Of a stretch of 41,769 bases of DNA, positions 17,897 to 27,313 are shown in pieces. Numbering within the stretch: the stretch's first letter is position 1; the number at the start of each line of letters is the position of its first letter. Made by a program: the position numbers and the translations under genes. The notes below the pieces were generated by a model that was not told the origin of the DNA, made no database searches, and worked only from the letters and a program-made list of their open reading frames with translations. The DNA comes from a virus (Duplodnaviria > Caudoviricetes): positions 1-41,769 of the IMG/VR virus record IMGVR_UViG_3300033076_001378. One strand, written 5' to 3'.

Positions 17897-20800
17897 ATGG
17901 CAATTGATTATATCACATCCCCTGAGAGAGACTTCTCTGCTGGTATCGATGCTCGTAGCGCAGAGAACCAGATAGATCCCGGCTTTGTCAAGGATCTACT
18001 GAATGCTGATATTGTCGAGAAGCGGGCTCGTAAGAGGAAGGGATATCAGGGCTATGCCGGTAATATCCCAGTCCGAGCAACTCGCATGGACTATGATAAT
18101 ACTAATAATCAGGTCCTCTTCACACTAGACTCAGCTGTCTCTCTAGACTCCAACGTCAACCTAGAATCAGTACGCTCCAGTCCTCTAGTCATCTACGGGC
18201 GTTCCTCTGTCTTCACTACAGGTGAAGGCCCATTCATTGATACAGACTCCCTCCACTACTACAGTAAATTCCTAATACCTCTCCGTAAGCAGTTCCTAGC
18301 TCCCTCTGGTACCCTACTAATTAACGGTACAGAGCACGGCATTGGTACTACTAACATGTTTATAGGGGCCGTAGAGTCTCTATCTACATCTAGTAGAAAC
18401 TACACAGCTGTCCTAACTGATGGAATTACAGTTGATGAGACATCATTCGATGTAGAGATTGACTATACTACATATGTAGATAGGAATGTATTTGTATACT
18501 ATGCAGATAAGGAAGCTGTAACAGGTGAATCCTACATAGCTACCCTAGTACATTCAGGCAGCCCTATCTCCCAGACATTCAATGTGTCTGCAGGAACTCA
18601 CGCTCTCTCCAACTTCAATATTATCCCACAACTACAAGTTGATAACGGTGCTGACCGTACTATCTGTAAGCCTGACCAGTTTCTAGTAGCAAGCAATGGG
18701 GATGTATCAATTACAATCTCTAATGATACGGGGGCAAGTCAGACCTACTACCTAATCCTCTCCACTTCACCAATTACAAATACCAGTAATGGTAACGTTC
18801 CGGGATCCTCTACAGGGACTGTAGTGCTATCTGCAGTTGAGAGGCCGTGGATATTCCCAGGCATCTATCTAGAACAAACTCCTGGTGGAACTAAGGAACT
18901 AGTATACCCAGATTCAATTGATTACGATGATACTACCTCCGAGGTGACCCTAACCTTCACTAACTCCTCCGGAGTAGCTAGGAACTTCATAGTATTCTAT
19001 GACTACGGTAATCTACGTAGTAACCAGTTAGCTGTTGAGGATGTCTCCGTAACTGTGTCTGGAGAAGATACTAGACCTCAGATAACAATCTGGGGCCTGG
19101 ACCATAATGAGATATACGGAACTCAGAAGAGTGCTCGGGAGGGGTGGAGTAATCACATAGATTCCTATCGTCGAAGTGGCGAGCAGCGTCTTGTGACCGG
19201 ACTGGGGGGCAATCTCTTCTCAGCTCAGACCTACTCCGAGATAGGAACTATTCTAGGTTTACCTCAATTATATCCAAATGTCAACTCTAGAACATCTACA
19301 GATATTACTGTTGGACCTGCCTTCTGGGAAACAGGTGAGGTGCCTGCTAGGACTAGAGGTTATATTACTACGGATAATGCTGGAACTAACTGGGTCAGAG
19401 TATCTGCTGTGGAATATGATACTGGCAGTGGTAATACTACCTTCACTCTGGAGCTGCCTAATAAGCAGATCCTTGATTCTGCTGGTGTTCCCACTTCCCT
19501 TACTTCAGTCATTGCTTCCAGTGGGAATCTCAATGATTACCTAACAGTAGAAAATATGTCCTGGGCTCGCCACAATGGTACCTTCCGTATTGTTGGCGTG
19601 GCTGACGGAATTGATGAGATATTCATAACTTGTGAAGTACCTAATAACTCGGAAGACTACGACGATGATGGAGTAGGAGGCTCTGCTGGTATCTTCACAG
19701 ATCAATTCAGCTGGCTAGCTAATTCTCCATACATTCCTGGAGACACACTACAATCATCCTTACTAACTGAGGATCAGGTACTAACTGTTAGAAGCTCTAG
19801 TGGTATCTACACAGTAGTTGACTCTCTCTTTGATAGAATGCAGATTGCTGGTGGAGTAGTCTTCACTGGAAGTAGAACCTCCGCAGTTGTACCTCTACGT
19901 ACTTCCTATCCTAATGCCAGCGCTTCTACTACTAATCTAGTACGTGGAGATATGCTCTCTTATACTGGAATTGCTAGACAGCTACGTGTACTCTATATCA
20001 ATGCTGATCAGAATAGATCTATAGATATTAGCTCTGATGGTGAACTAGCTACAGTAACTATGACTAGTGGAGATACCTCCTACCTAGTAGAGGGAAGACA
20101 GATTCTCCTACTGGAGGCTGGAGTCTACACTGGTGTAATTACAGTAGAAACAATTACCTCAGATACAGAGTTCACCTTCACTACAACTGAGACAGATTCT
20201 GTAACTGGAGCCACTCTAGTAGGTGAGACAGCTCAGATAGATGAGCAACTATCCTGGATGGATACATCCTCAGATAGTACAGTATTCCGAGTAGAGGCTC
20301 GCTGGGTACCTCTGGAAGCTCCAGATGATAGCTACGATCTAACTCCATCTACCTACATTCGTCACTTCGATTCGTCCTCATACTCCCTACAGCCCTTCCT
20401 GAAGAGCACTATGGTAGTAGATAATATGTACTTCACTAATTACGAGGATGAGGTCTACAAACTAGATGGCTCGAATATATACCGTGCTGGAATAATCCCA
20501 TGGCAGCCTGGAGCATTCCTAACTCAGGAAACTAGCGGAGCTACGATTGTAACTAACCTCAGATCTATTACCTGGTCGGGATCTCCTTCCAGTGCTGATA
20601 GAGCAGCAGGTAGGTTAACCATATCCTCTGCCGATGTAAATACCCTCCCTGTTGGAACTTCAGTTAGACTGCAAGGAAGTACGCAAACTTACACAGTTCG
20701 AGATTACGCCCAGAATGGTAGCCACTACATACTTCTAGATAGAGCTATAGATTCTGGAGTTAGCACCTCAGCAGGTACAATTAGTGAGATTGGAGTATAC

Positions 20801-23074
20801 CGATACTACTACCGTCTTAATGCAGTTGATGCTAATGATAATATAATTGCTTCAGCTGTTACAGGCTACCAGGATCACGTAGTTGAATTAACAGGTAATA
20901 CCGCTATCCAGCACAAGGTTGTAGGACTACCTGCCTGGGATGTGTATGACTACGACCGGCTAGAAGTACAGATCTACCGAACTAAGATTAATACTCAAGC
21001 TCCATTCTATCTAATTACTACTCTGGAGATGTCCTTTGATAACTCTGTTGGGTACATACAATTCAGAGACTCCTTCACAGATTCTGACTTAATTGAGCTG
21101 GATGTAGTGAACACGGCCCTCAAGGGAGCTGAGCTGGGAACTACCTGGACAGACCCACTCAGAGCTCGCTATGTTACTTCAATTGGCAATAAGCTAATTC
21201 TAGGTAATGTTCGAGATTACCCTCAGTTGGATATACAAATTGTAGCAGATGCTACCCTCTCCAATGCTAATTATGATAATGCATCCCTACTCTTCCGCAA
21301 GGATAATGCAGACATAGCTACTACAACTAACATGGTTGATAGAGTTAGGTACGAGTGGATTAACGGAACTACAGGAACTCCTAGTGCAATTACAGTAGGA
21401 ACTGATGAATTCACTGTTCAGGGTATAGCTGAGACAGTAGCTGCTGGAGATTGGATATATCTCACATACAATACTGTAGCTACATCTGGTAGAGATCTAA
21501 CCCTCTCTGGATGGTGGCAAATTGCTTCTGTTACCGGAGCCGGCCCCTACGATGCTACAATTAATTACACCGGAGTAGCAGCTCCAGCAAGCTCTCCGAA
21601 TCGCTACGTACTTGCTACTGATCCAAGTGATGTACCTGTACTTCTAGGTACCGATGGTAACCTAGGTATGGTTAATGGAGACTCCTTCGATACCTTCGAC
21701 ATCATGCGTAGAATGTCCATTGCAATTAATGCAACTATGCGTCAGACAGATATCACAGTAGCCGGGCAGGAAGAATTCCAGCCATGGCTAGTTGCTCGTG
21801 GGGGTAACGATACACCTCCTGCAGGTAGACTCCTAGTTAGGCGTCCTCGTGCTGATGATACTTCTGTGGAGGTAGTTCCTACCTTCACTACTGGTTCCCT
21901 CTTCATTAACTCTATACGTAGAGCAAGCGGAGATCAAGTATCGGCCTCCAGTAGAATATACCCAAGTAGGATACTAGCTTCCTACGAGAACTATCCGGAA
22001 ATCTTCGATAACCCTACATCAATTCTAGATTCAGATTCTGACTCCGCTGTAGATATTAACTCTGCAGATGGTCAGGCATTGACAGGCATTCTGCCCTTCT
22101 TCGGTGAGGCAGCATTCGGTGCTGCACAACAGAGTGCTATCCTAGTTGCATTCAAGACTAACTCAATCTATCTAGTTGATCTCAATCAGAAGGCTCAAGG
22201 ACTCAATCCTGTACAGAGGATCGAGACTGAGGGACTTGGTTGCACTTACCCACGTTCCATTGCAGTTACCAAGAAGGGTATCATGTTTGCCAATGAGTCT
22301 GGTATGTACTGCCTACGTAGGGATCAGTCAATTGAGTATATCGGACGCTACATGGAGAGAAATTGGACTGAGAAGGTAGACCTCGAAGCTGCTGACCTAG
22401 TTCACGGACACCATTACGGGGTTGGTCGAGTCTACAAGCTAAGTGTACCGATCTCCTCCACTACCTCCTCCAATGGGTACATAGAGCCTTCCGAGGCCTA
22501 CATATACAACCACACAGCCGAGTCTCTAGGACAGAACCAGATGGGAGCCTGGAGCCGCTACGATAATCATCCCGCTACAGGATGGGCTAACCTGGCTAAT
22601 GATGCGTTCTTCGGAGCTACCTCGGGCCGGGTATTCTCTATCCGTAGAGCGGGCTCTGTAGACGATTACAGAGACGATAGCAGTGGTATTACATTCCAAC
22701 TAGATACTAGGGCTAATGACTTCGGTAATTCAGGCATTAGGAAGGTTCTAGATGGGGCTATAATCCATTACAGAAGCCCTGTTACTTCTAGTACTACAGA
22801 ACTACTCTATGCTGTGGATCTGGAAACAGAATATTTCCCAACAACTCCAATGAGAATAGTAAAGCCTCAGAGTACTACTGGATTATCAGATACAATTAGT
22901 AAGGATATCAACACTATACGTCATGATATCGGACGTCGTAGAGGGGTATATTTCCAGTTGCGTATTGCAAATGCCACTCTAGATGAGTCTGTGGAAGTAG
23001 CTGGAATTGATTATAGAGTTGGCGGCCTCAAGGATAAGGGTATTACCCAGGCAGCCCAGACTGATGAAGAATAG
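17897..23074 (+). CDS. large tail nozzle (tail tubular protein B-like) with inserted domains
   Basis: N-terminal DFSAGID...RKRKG and C-terminal GCTYPRSI, GAWSRY, RGVYFQLRI; position after adaptor. Confidence 0.72.
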   Translation: MAIDYITSPERDFSAGIDARSAENQIDPGFVKDLLNADIVEKRARKRKGYQGYAGNIPVRATRMDYDNTNNQVLFTLDSAVSLDSNVNLESVRSSPLVIYGRSSVFTTGEGPFIDTDSLHYYSKFLIPLRKQFLAPSGTLLINGTEHGIGTTNMFIGAVESLSTSSRNYTAVLTDGITVDETSFDVEIDYTTYVDRNVFVYYADKEAVTGESYIATLVHSGSPISQTFNVSAGTHALSNFNIIPQLQVDNGADRTICKPDQFLVASNGDVSITISNDTGASQTYYLILSTSPITNTSNGNVPGSSTGTVVLSAVERPWIFPGIYLEQTPGGTKELVYPDSIDYDDTTSEVTLTFTNSSGVARNFIVFYDYGNLRSNQLAVEDVSVTVSGEDTRPQITIWGLDHNEIYGTQKSAREGWSNHIDSYRRSGEQRLVTGLGGNLFSAQTYSEIGTILGLPQLYPNVNSRTSTDITVGPAFWETGEVPARTRGYITTDNAGTNWVRVSAVEYDTGSGNTTFTLELPNKQILDSAGVPTSLTSVIASSGNLNDYLTVENMSWARHNGTFRIVGVADGIDEIFITCEVPNNSEDYDDDGVGGSAGIFTDQFSWLANSPYIPGDTLQSSLLTEDQVLTVRSSSGIYTVVDSLFDRMQIAGGVVFTGSRTSAVVPLRTSYPNASASTTNLVRGDMLSYTGIARQLRVLYINADQNRSIDISSDGELATVTMTSGDTSYLVEGRQILLLEAGVYTGVITVETITSDTEFTFTTTETDSVTGATLVGETAQIDEQLSWMDTSSDSTVFRVEARWVPLEAPDDSYDLTPSTYIRHFDSSSYSLQPFLKSTMVVDNMYFTNYEDEVYKLDGSNIYRAGIIPWQPGAFLTQETSGATIVTNLRSITWSGSPSSADRAAGRLTISSADVNTLPVGTSVRLQGSTQTYTVRDYAQNGSHYILLDRAIDSGVSTSAGTISEIGVYRYYYRLNAVDANDNIIASAVTGYQDHVVELTGNTAIQHKVVGLPAWDVYDYDRLEVQIYRTKINTQAPFYLITTLEMSFDNSVGYIQFRDSFTDSDLIELDVVNTALKGAELGTTWTDPLRARYVTSIGNKLILGNVRDYPQLDIQIVADATLSNANYDNASLLFRKDNADIATTTNMVDRVRYEWINGTTGTPSAITVGTDEFTVQGIAETVAAGDWIYLTYNTVATSGRDLTLSGWWQIASVTGAGPYDATINYTGVAAPASSPNRYVLATDPSDVPVLLGTDGNLGMVNGDSFDTFDIMRRMSIAINATMRQTDITVAGQEEFQPWLVARGGNDTPPAGRLLVRRPRADDTSVEVVPTFTTGSLFINSIRRASGDQVSASSRIYPSRILASYENYPEIFDNPTSILDSDSDSAVDINSADGQALTGILPFFGEAAFGAAQQSAILVAFKTNSIYLVDLNQKAQGLNPVQRIETEGLGCTYPRSIAVTKKGIMFANESGMYCLRRDQSIEYIGRYMERNWTEKVDLEAADLVHGHHYGVGRVYKLSVPISSTTSSNGYIEPSEAYIYNHTAESLGQNQMGAWSRYDNHPATGWANLANDAFFGATSGRVFSIRRAGSVDDYRDDSSGITFQLDTRANDFGNSGIRKVLDGAIIHYRSPVTSSTTELLYAVDLETEYFPTTPMRIVKPQSTTGLSDTISKDINTIRHDIGRRRGVYFQLRIANATLDESVEVAGIDYRVGGLKDKGITQAAQTDEE

Positions 23075-23103
23075 TAGACAGACTGCTCAGGGCATGTTAC
23101 GAT
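23075..23103 (+). promoter_or_regulatory. sigma70-type promoter for the ejection-protein genes
   Basis: TAGACA-17 nt-TACGAT with extended -10 TG. Confidence 0.55.
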
Positions 23104-23132
23104 GAGCGAAGTGGCAGGCGGGGTACATATCA

Positions 23133-23198
23133 ATGGCTTACATATTAATCATAATACTACTAGTAATAGTAGTTGCTATCACATCTCCATTCGAGTAA
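23133..23198 (+). CDS. 21-aa hydrophobic peptide (not in ORF track)
   Basis: MAYILIIILLVIVVAITSPFE*; GGGGT upstream; ends 9 nt before the next ATG. Confidence 0.45.
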   Translation: MAYILIIILLVIVVAITSPFE

Positions 23199-23207
23199 TA
23201 TAGGGAT

Positions 23208-26096
23208 ATGGCTAAGTTATCTGACATCATCCAACGTAATAAGATGCAGGCTAACCTCACGAGGGGACCTGGCGGGGTCCTATCTGAGAACACCGGGGAG
23301 GAGCTGCAGTCTCTTGCTTCCAAGGCAGGGCTGCAAGCTCCACCTACGACACCTGTTGGGGCGGGTATGCTTGGCGCTAGTCCTGACCAACAGAAGATGG
23401 CGGGAACTCCAGCTCAGAAGCAAGCCGCATTCAACCTAGCCTCTACTCCTCTCAATCAGAACCTGGCAGATGTACAGCGTAGGGCCCAGGCCCGTACTCA
23501 GGTTACTGGTCAGGAACAAGCTGCTCAGGAGAAGAGTGAGAACCTCAAGGCTCTCGGTGGACTCGGTGATAGAGTTAATGACTTCATTGGCGCTCAGAGA
23601 ACTAGACTACAGCAGCAAGCTGCAGATCAGAGTAATATAACCATTAAGGCAGCAGAGAGTCTCAGTGGAGTTGCTCCGGAGAATCTGGAGGCCTTCCGAA
23701 GTAAGTTAGAAGAGTTCCAACAGAATCCCAGTAATCTACAATTACTAGTCGATGCTGGTAATCTAATTGGTGGTAGGGTCATTACTCCGGAGGAAGTACC
23801 TGGTCTATATCAGAACGCCACTCAGGCAACAGCCGCTGCCGGCGCTACAGCAATGGCAGACTCTCTACGGGTATCAGATTTACTTACTCAGCCGGACTTT
23901 GGCTATACACAGGAGGAGCTAGCCTCCCTACTAGGTGTGCCAGCTAGCGATCTTGCTAACTACTCTGTTAAGCAATTAGAGGATCGAGTTAACCAACTAG
24001 CTCAGGAGGAGTTCTCTAGAAGTGCTGAGTTGGAGAAACAAGCTACTTCCACCAATCTAGGAGTTGCTGAGCGGGCACTAGCTAGACAAGCAGGCCGTGA
24101 GGCTTCAGCAGTTGGTACTCGTAGTACAGAAGCCGATATACGCAACCTGGAAGATCAGATAGCCCAGGGTCAGATTGTACAATTCGGAGGTAGGGATTAC
24201 GATGTTGAGACACTCCTCAAGGATGATACAATTACTCAGATCATTACTGACTATCTCACTAATCCTAATTCTCCTGAATCGAAGAAATTGGCAGCAGAGG
24301 AACCAGAGCTGCTTGCGCTTATCAATAAGAACCAGTCACTATTCCAGGATGCAATTACTACCCTCCAGGGGCAGACTCGTGAGTTCGGAACTATACAGGA
24401 AGAGAACAGGGCACTGGCTAATGTAGGTAAGGTACAGTTAAGTGATCCAATTATGAAGGCCTTCTTCGAGGACTACGGAAGTCTCCGGGCTGATCGCTAC
24501 ACTGTAGATCCTAATTCATCCCTAGCTTACATGCAGAATAATCCTGAGGCAGGTGAGAAGATTGTAAGTCAGATGAACGATCTAGTAACTAAGCATGGGG
24601 AGTATGCCGGGCAGTTAGCTGAACTTTCCGCAGAGGAACTAGCATCTCTAGGTATTGATAAGAATTCACCTAAATGGCAATCCTTCCTCAAGAACGTAGA
24701 AGTACGGGATCAATTAAACTCAATTAATCCTAAGGATATTAATGCAGTCTTAGAAGCATATCTGGGTAGCCCTGATGCAGCTAATATTGTCCCTTCCTAT
24801 CTCCAGGAAACTAATGCCCGTAAGGCCCTAGGTATTCCTTCCGGTGACTCTACTCTTCTAGATAAGAATAGAGATGGAGTAGTTGATGATCCTAATGATA
24901 TCTACTTGAGGCTCAAGGCTCAGACACCTGAGGCATCTCTGAAGGATGCGGCTGCAGGTAGGGTAGGTACATTCCAGCAAGGATCACTACAGCAACCTAG
25001 AATGGATTCCTTCCAGAAAGAAGTATACAATCGATTGGGTCATCTAGGCAATGACGGTCAAGTTACCGGAGCTGAGATTGCTAAGGAATTTGCTGGAGCT
25101 AAGAGTGGGCAGGACCTGACCTTCCTTATGGATTTGCGCAAGAATCTGCAGGGGCCAATGAATAACTCTGCTACTAAGAAATCAATAGAGCAAGTAGTTC
25201 AAGCCGGTAGAGAAGCTAATGCTGCAGATGTACTCAAGGATATAAAAGCTAAGGGATTAAACATAGGAAATCAAATAAACTATATAAAAGAATTAATAAC
25301 TGGAAAAGGTCATTATTATAAAAATAGACCCAATTTAGAGTTTGTTGATATTAAACCATTAACTGCAACTTTAACTAAACTTGCTGAAGAATTTAATAGG
25401 CAATTAGAAGAAGCTAAAAAAGAACGTGATAAAAGAGAGCGCCGTAGAAAAATTCAAGATTTAACAGATCTTGGACAAATGGATGGTGGAGATAATTTAA
25501 TTGCAATTGGTAAAGTATTAGGAAATGATCAAATAATTAAAATGGGTAAAAAATATAATGATAATACATTTGAGTTAACTGAAGAAACACTTAAGCTGGG
25601 AATGAAATTACAATCTGGAGGTAAGCGGTTAACAGAAAATATACGTCAGATAGGGGGGACTATATCTGATGCTAATAAGAATATAACCGGCGGGGGCTGC
25701 TTCCTGGAGGGAACACAATTCTACCTAGAAGATGGATCTCTCAAGAATGTTGAGCAGTTAACTCCTAGAGACACACTACTAATGGGTGGAAGTACTTATG
25801 CTACCGCACAATTTGTATGTAGGGAGATGTATTCTTACGGACAATCTGGTATCCTAGTAGCCGGCTCTCATGCTGTCCTAGAGAAGGATGGCTGGACTAG
25901 GGTACGTAACTCCCCCAATGCTACCCGTAGACCAGATCTCGATGGTAGTATAGTATATGTAGTGTGGAATGAGCGCCATCGTATGGTCCACGCTGATGGT
26001 ACTATCTTCACAGATTACGCTGAAACTGACTCTACTGTGGCAGAAATTGAAGAAATGAGGAATATAGATGTTCTCAATTCAGGTACCCCTCAATGA
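23208..26096 (+). CDS. putative internal virion/DNA-ejection protein with C-terminal Hint domain
   Basis: Q/A/E/L-rich helical body after the nozzle gene; GGG|CFLEGT at residue 831. Confidence 0.75.
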   Translation: MAKLSDIIQRNKMQANLTRGPGGVLSENTGEELQSLASKAGLQAPPTTPVGAGMLGASPDQQKMAGTPAQKQAAFNLASTPLNQNLADVQRRAQARTQVTGQEQAAQEKSENLKALGGLGDRVNDFIGAQRTRLQQQAADQSNITIKAAESLSGVAPENLEAFRSKLEEFQQNPSNLQLLVDAGNLIGGRVITPEEVPGLYQNATQATAAAGATAMADSLRVSDLLTQPDFGYTQEELASLLGVPASDLANYSVKQLEDRVNQLAQEEFSRSAELEKQATSTNLGVAERALARQAGREASAVGTRSTEADIRNLEDQIAQGQIVQFGGRDYDVETLLKDDTITQIITDYLTNPNSPESKKLAAEEPELLALINKNQSLFQDAITTLQGQTREFGTIQEENRALANVGKVQLSDPIMKAFFEDYGSLRADRYTVDPNSSLAYMQNNPEAGEKIVSQMNDLVTKHGEYAGQLAELSAEELASLGIDKNSPKWQSFLKNVEVRDQLNSINPKDINAVLEAYLGSPDAANIVPSYLQETNARKALGIPSGDSTLLDKNRDGVVDDPNDIYLRLKAQTPEASLKDAAAGRVGTFQQGSLQQPRMDSFQKEVYNRLGHLGNDGQVTGAEIAKEFAGAKSGQDLTFLMDLRKNLQGPMNNSATKKSIEQVVQAGREANAADVLKDIKAKGLNIGNQINYIKELITGKGHYYKNRPNLEFVDIKPLTATLTKLAEEFNRQLEEAKKERDKRERRRKIQDLTDLGQMDGGDNLIAIGKVLGNDQIIKMGKKYNDNTFELTEETLKLGMKLQSGGKRLTENIRQIGGTISDANKNITGGGCFLEGTQFYLEDGSLKNVEQLTPRDTLLMGGSTYATAQFVCREMYSYGQSGILVAGSHAVLEKDGWTRVRNSPNATRRPDLDGSIVYVVWNERHRMVHADGTIFTDYAETDSTVAEIEEMRNIDVLNSGTPQ
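25698..26096 (+). other. Hint (Hedgehog/intein) autoprocessing domain, non-splicing type
   Basis: Block A CFLEGTQFYLEDGSLKNVEQL, block B LVAGSHAVL, terminal strands VYVV...TIFTDY; no His-Asn end. Confidence 0.8.
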
Positions 26097-26461
26097 CCAC
26101 TAGTAACGAATTGTCCTGCCACATGCCAATTCCAGATCTCAATAAACATATTGAGGAAAATCGGGATGGTCAGATACTTACTACTCCAGTAGGTTGGGTA
26201 ATGTTCTGGAGACCTGATTCCTACTCTATATACATTGACGATATCTCTGTATATCCAGAATTTCGTAACCAGGGCTTTATATTAGACTTAGCGTCTGTAG
26301 TAGAGAATATAGCTATAGCAGAGGGAAGACATATACTGTATACTAATATTCATCCCTCAGTGGCTGGAGCTCCCAGAATGCATGACATAGTAATTGAGTA
26401 TGGTTTCGAACCCTATATTATTAGCCCAATTATAAATGTATACAAGAAGGTAATTGATTAA
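26093..26461 (+). CDS. GNAT-family acetyltransferase
   Basis: IYIDDISVYPEFRNQG motif A and YGF; ATGA-coupled to the upstream gene. Confidence 0.8.
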   Translation: MTTSNELSCHMPIPDLNKHIEENRDGQILTTPVGWVMFWRPDSYSIYIDDISVYPEFRNQGFILDLASVVENIAIAEGRHILYTNIHPSVAGAPRMHDIVIEYGFEPYIISPIINVYKKVID

Positions 26462-26462
26462 C

Positions 26463-27311
26463 ATGGCAAGTCTACTTGATACAATTAGAGGTAATCTATC
26501 TCAGCAGGCCACGGAACAACTGGGCATGACTGATGAGGCTTCTCGTATTCGTAAACTGCTAGGAGCTAGAAGTGGTAAGGCAGCTAGCCAAGTTGCACCA
26601 GAAGTAGCTTCTTCCAATCTAGGCGAAGCTGCAGCACTAGATCAAACTAGAGCACAATCTCAACAACTAGCTCAGGCAGGTCAATTACAGTCTGCAGAGA
26701 TTGAACAAACTCAGAGAGGCCTAGCTGAACAGGAACGCCAGGGACAGGAACGTATTGATCTCCAACAGAAGGCTAATACCCTACAGAATAAGATACAGAC
26801 AGATCAACTTCTCAATGACCTATCAAGAGATAAGGCTTCTCTCAATCTAGATAGAGATAAAGCTAAGTTAGAGCAAGTGTCTCAGAACCTAGCTTTCCAA
26901 GATAAGCAATATGTAGATAGACTCCAGAGAGAAGCAGATATGAAGGGTCTACAAAGTCGGCTAGCCTTCAATGAGGAATTAAGTAGGGCAATCTTTTCCG
27001 ATAATCTAGACATACTACGGGAAGATATGGCTCAGAAAGCAGCCAATGCTGCAGATTCTAGGTTGTGGGATAAGTCGCTAGCTTCCCAGAAATTGGTTGA
27101 TATGATTAATGCGGACTATGCTGCAGGTCAAGCTGAAGCTAAGAGAAGCAGGTATGAAGCTGCAGGCAAGATGGTTAGTGCTGGATCTCAAGCTGCTTCT
27201 ACTAATTGGAAAAATCCATACAATAAATCTGAAGATAAAAAATCAAATACTGATGCATCTCCTGGAGGATCTACAGGTGGTAGTTATACAGATTATAGTG
27301 GGTATACATAA
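26463..27311 (+). CDS. putative DNA-ejection protein
   Basis: Q/A-rich coiled coil; position; AAGGT RBS before ATG 26463. Confidence 0.65.
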   Translation: MASLLDTIRGNLSQQATEQLGMTDEASRIRKLLGARSGKAASQVAPEVASSNLGEAAALDQTRAQSQQLAQAGQLQSAEIEQTQRGLAEQERQGQERIDLQQKANTLQNKIQTDQLLNDLSRDKASLNLDRDKAKLEQVSQNLAFQDKQYVDRLQREADMKGLQSRLAFNEELSRAIFSDNLDILREDMAQKAANAADSRLWDKSLASQKLVDMINADYAAGQAEAKRSRYEAAGKMVSAGSQAASTNWKNPYNKSEDKKSNTDASPGGSTGGSYTDYSGYT

Positions 27312-27313
27312 TT

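Noticed and set aside
23061-23110. Hammerhead ribozyme from CTGATGA
   Set aside because: The motif is the coding end of the nozzle gene, with no matching GAAA core or flanking stems.
25698-26096. Canonical splicing intein
   Set aside because: No terminal His-Asn plus Cys/Ser/Thr, no endonuclease domain and essentially no C-extein.
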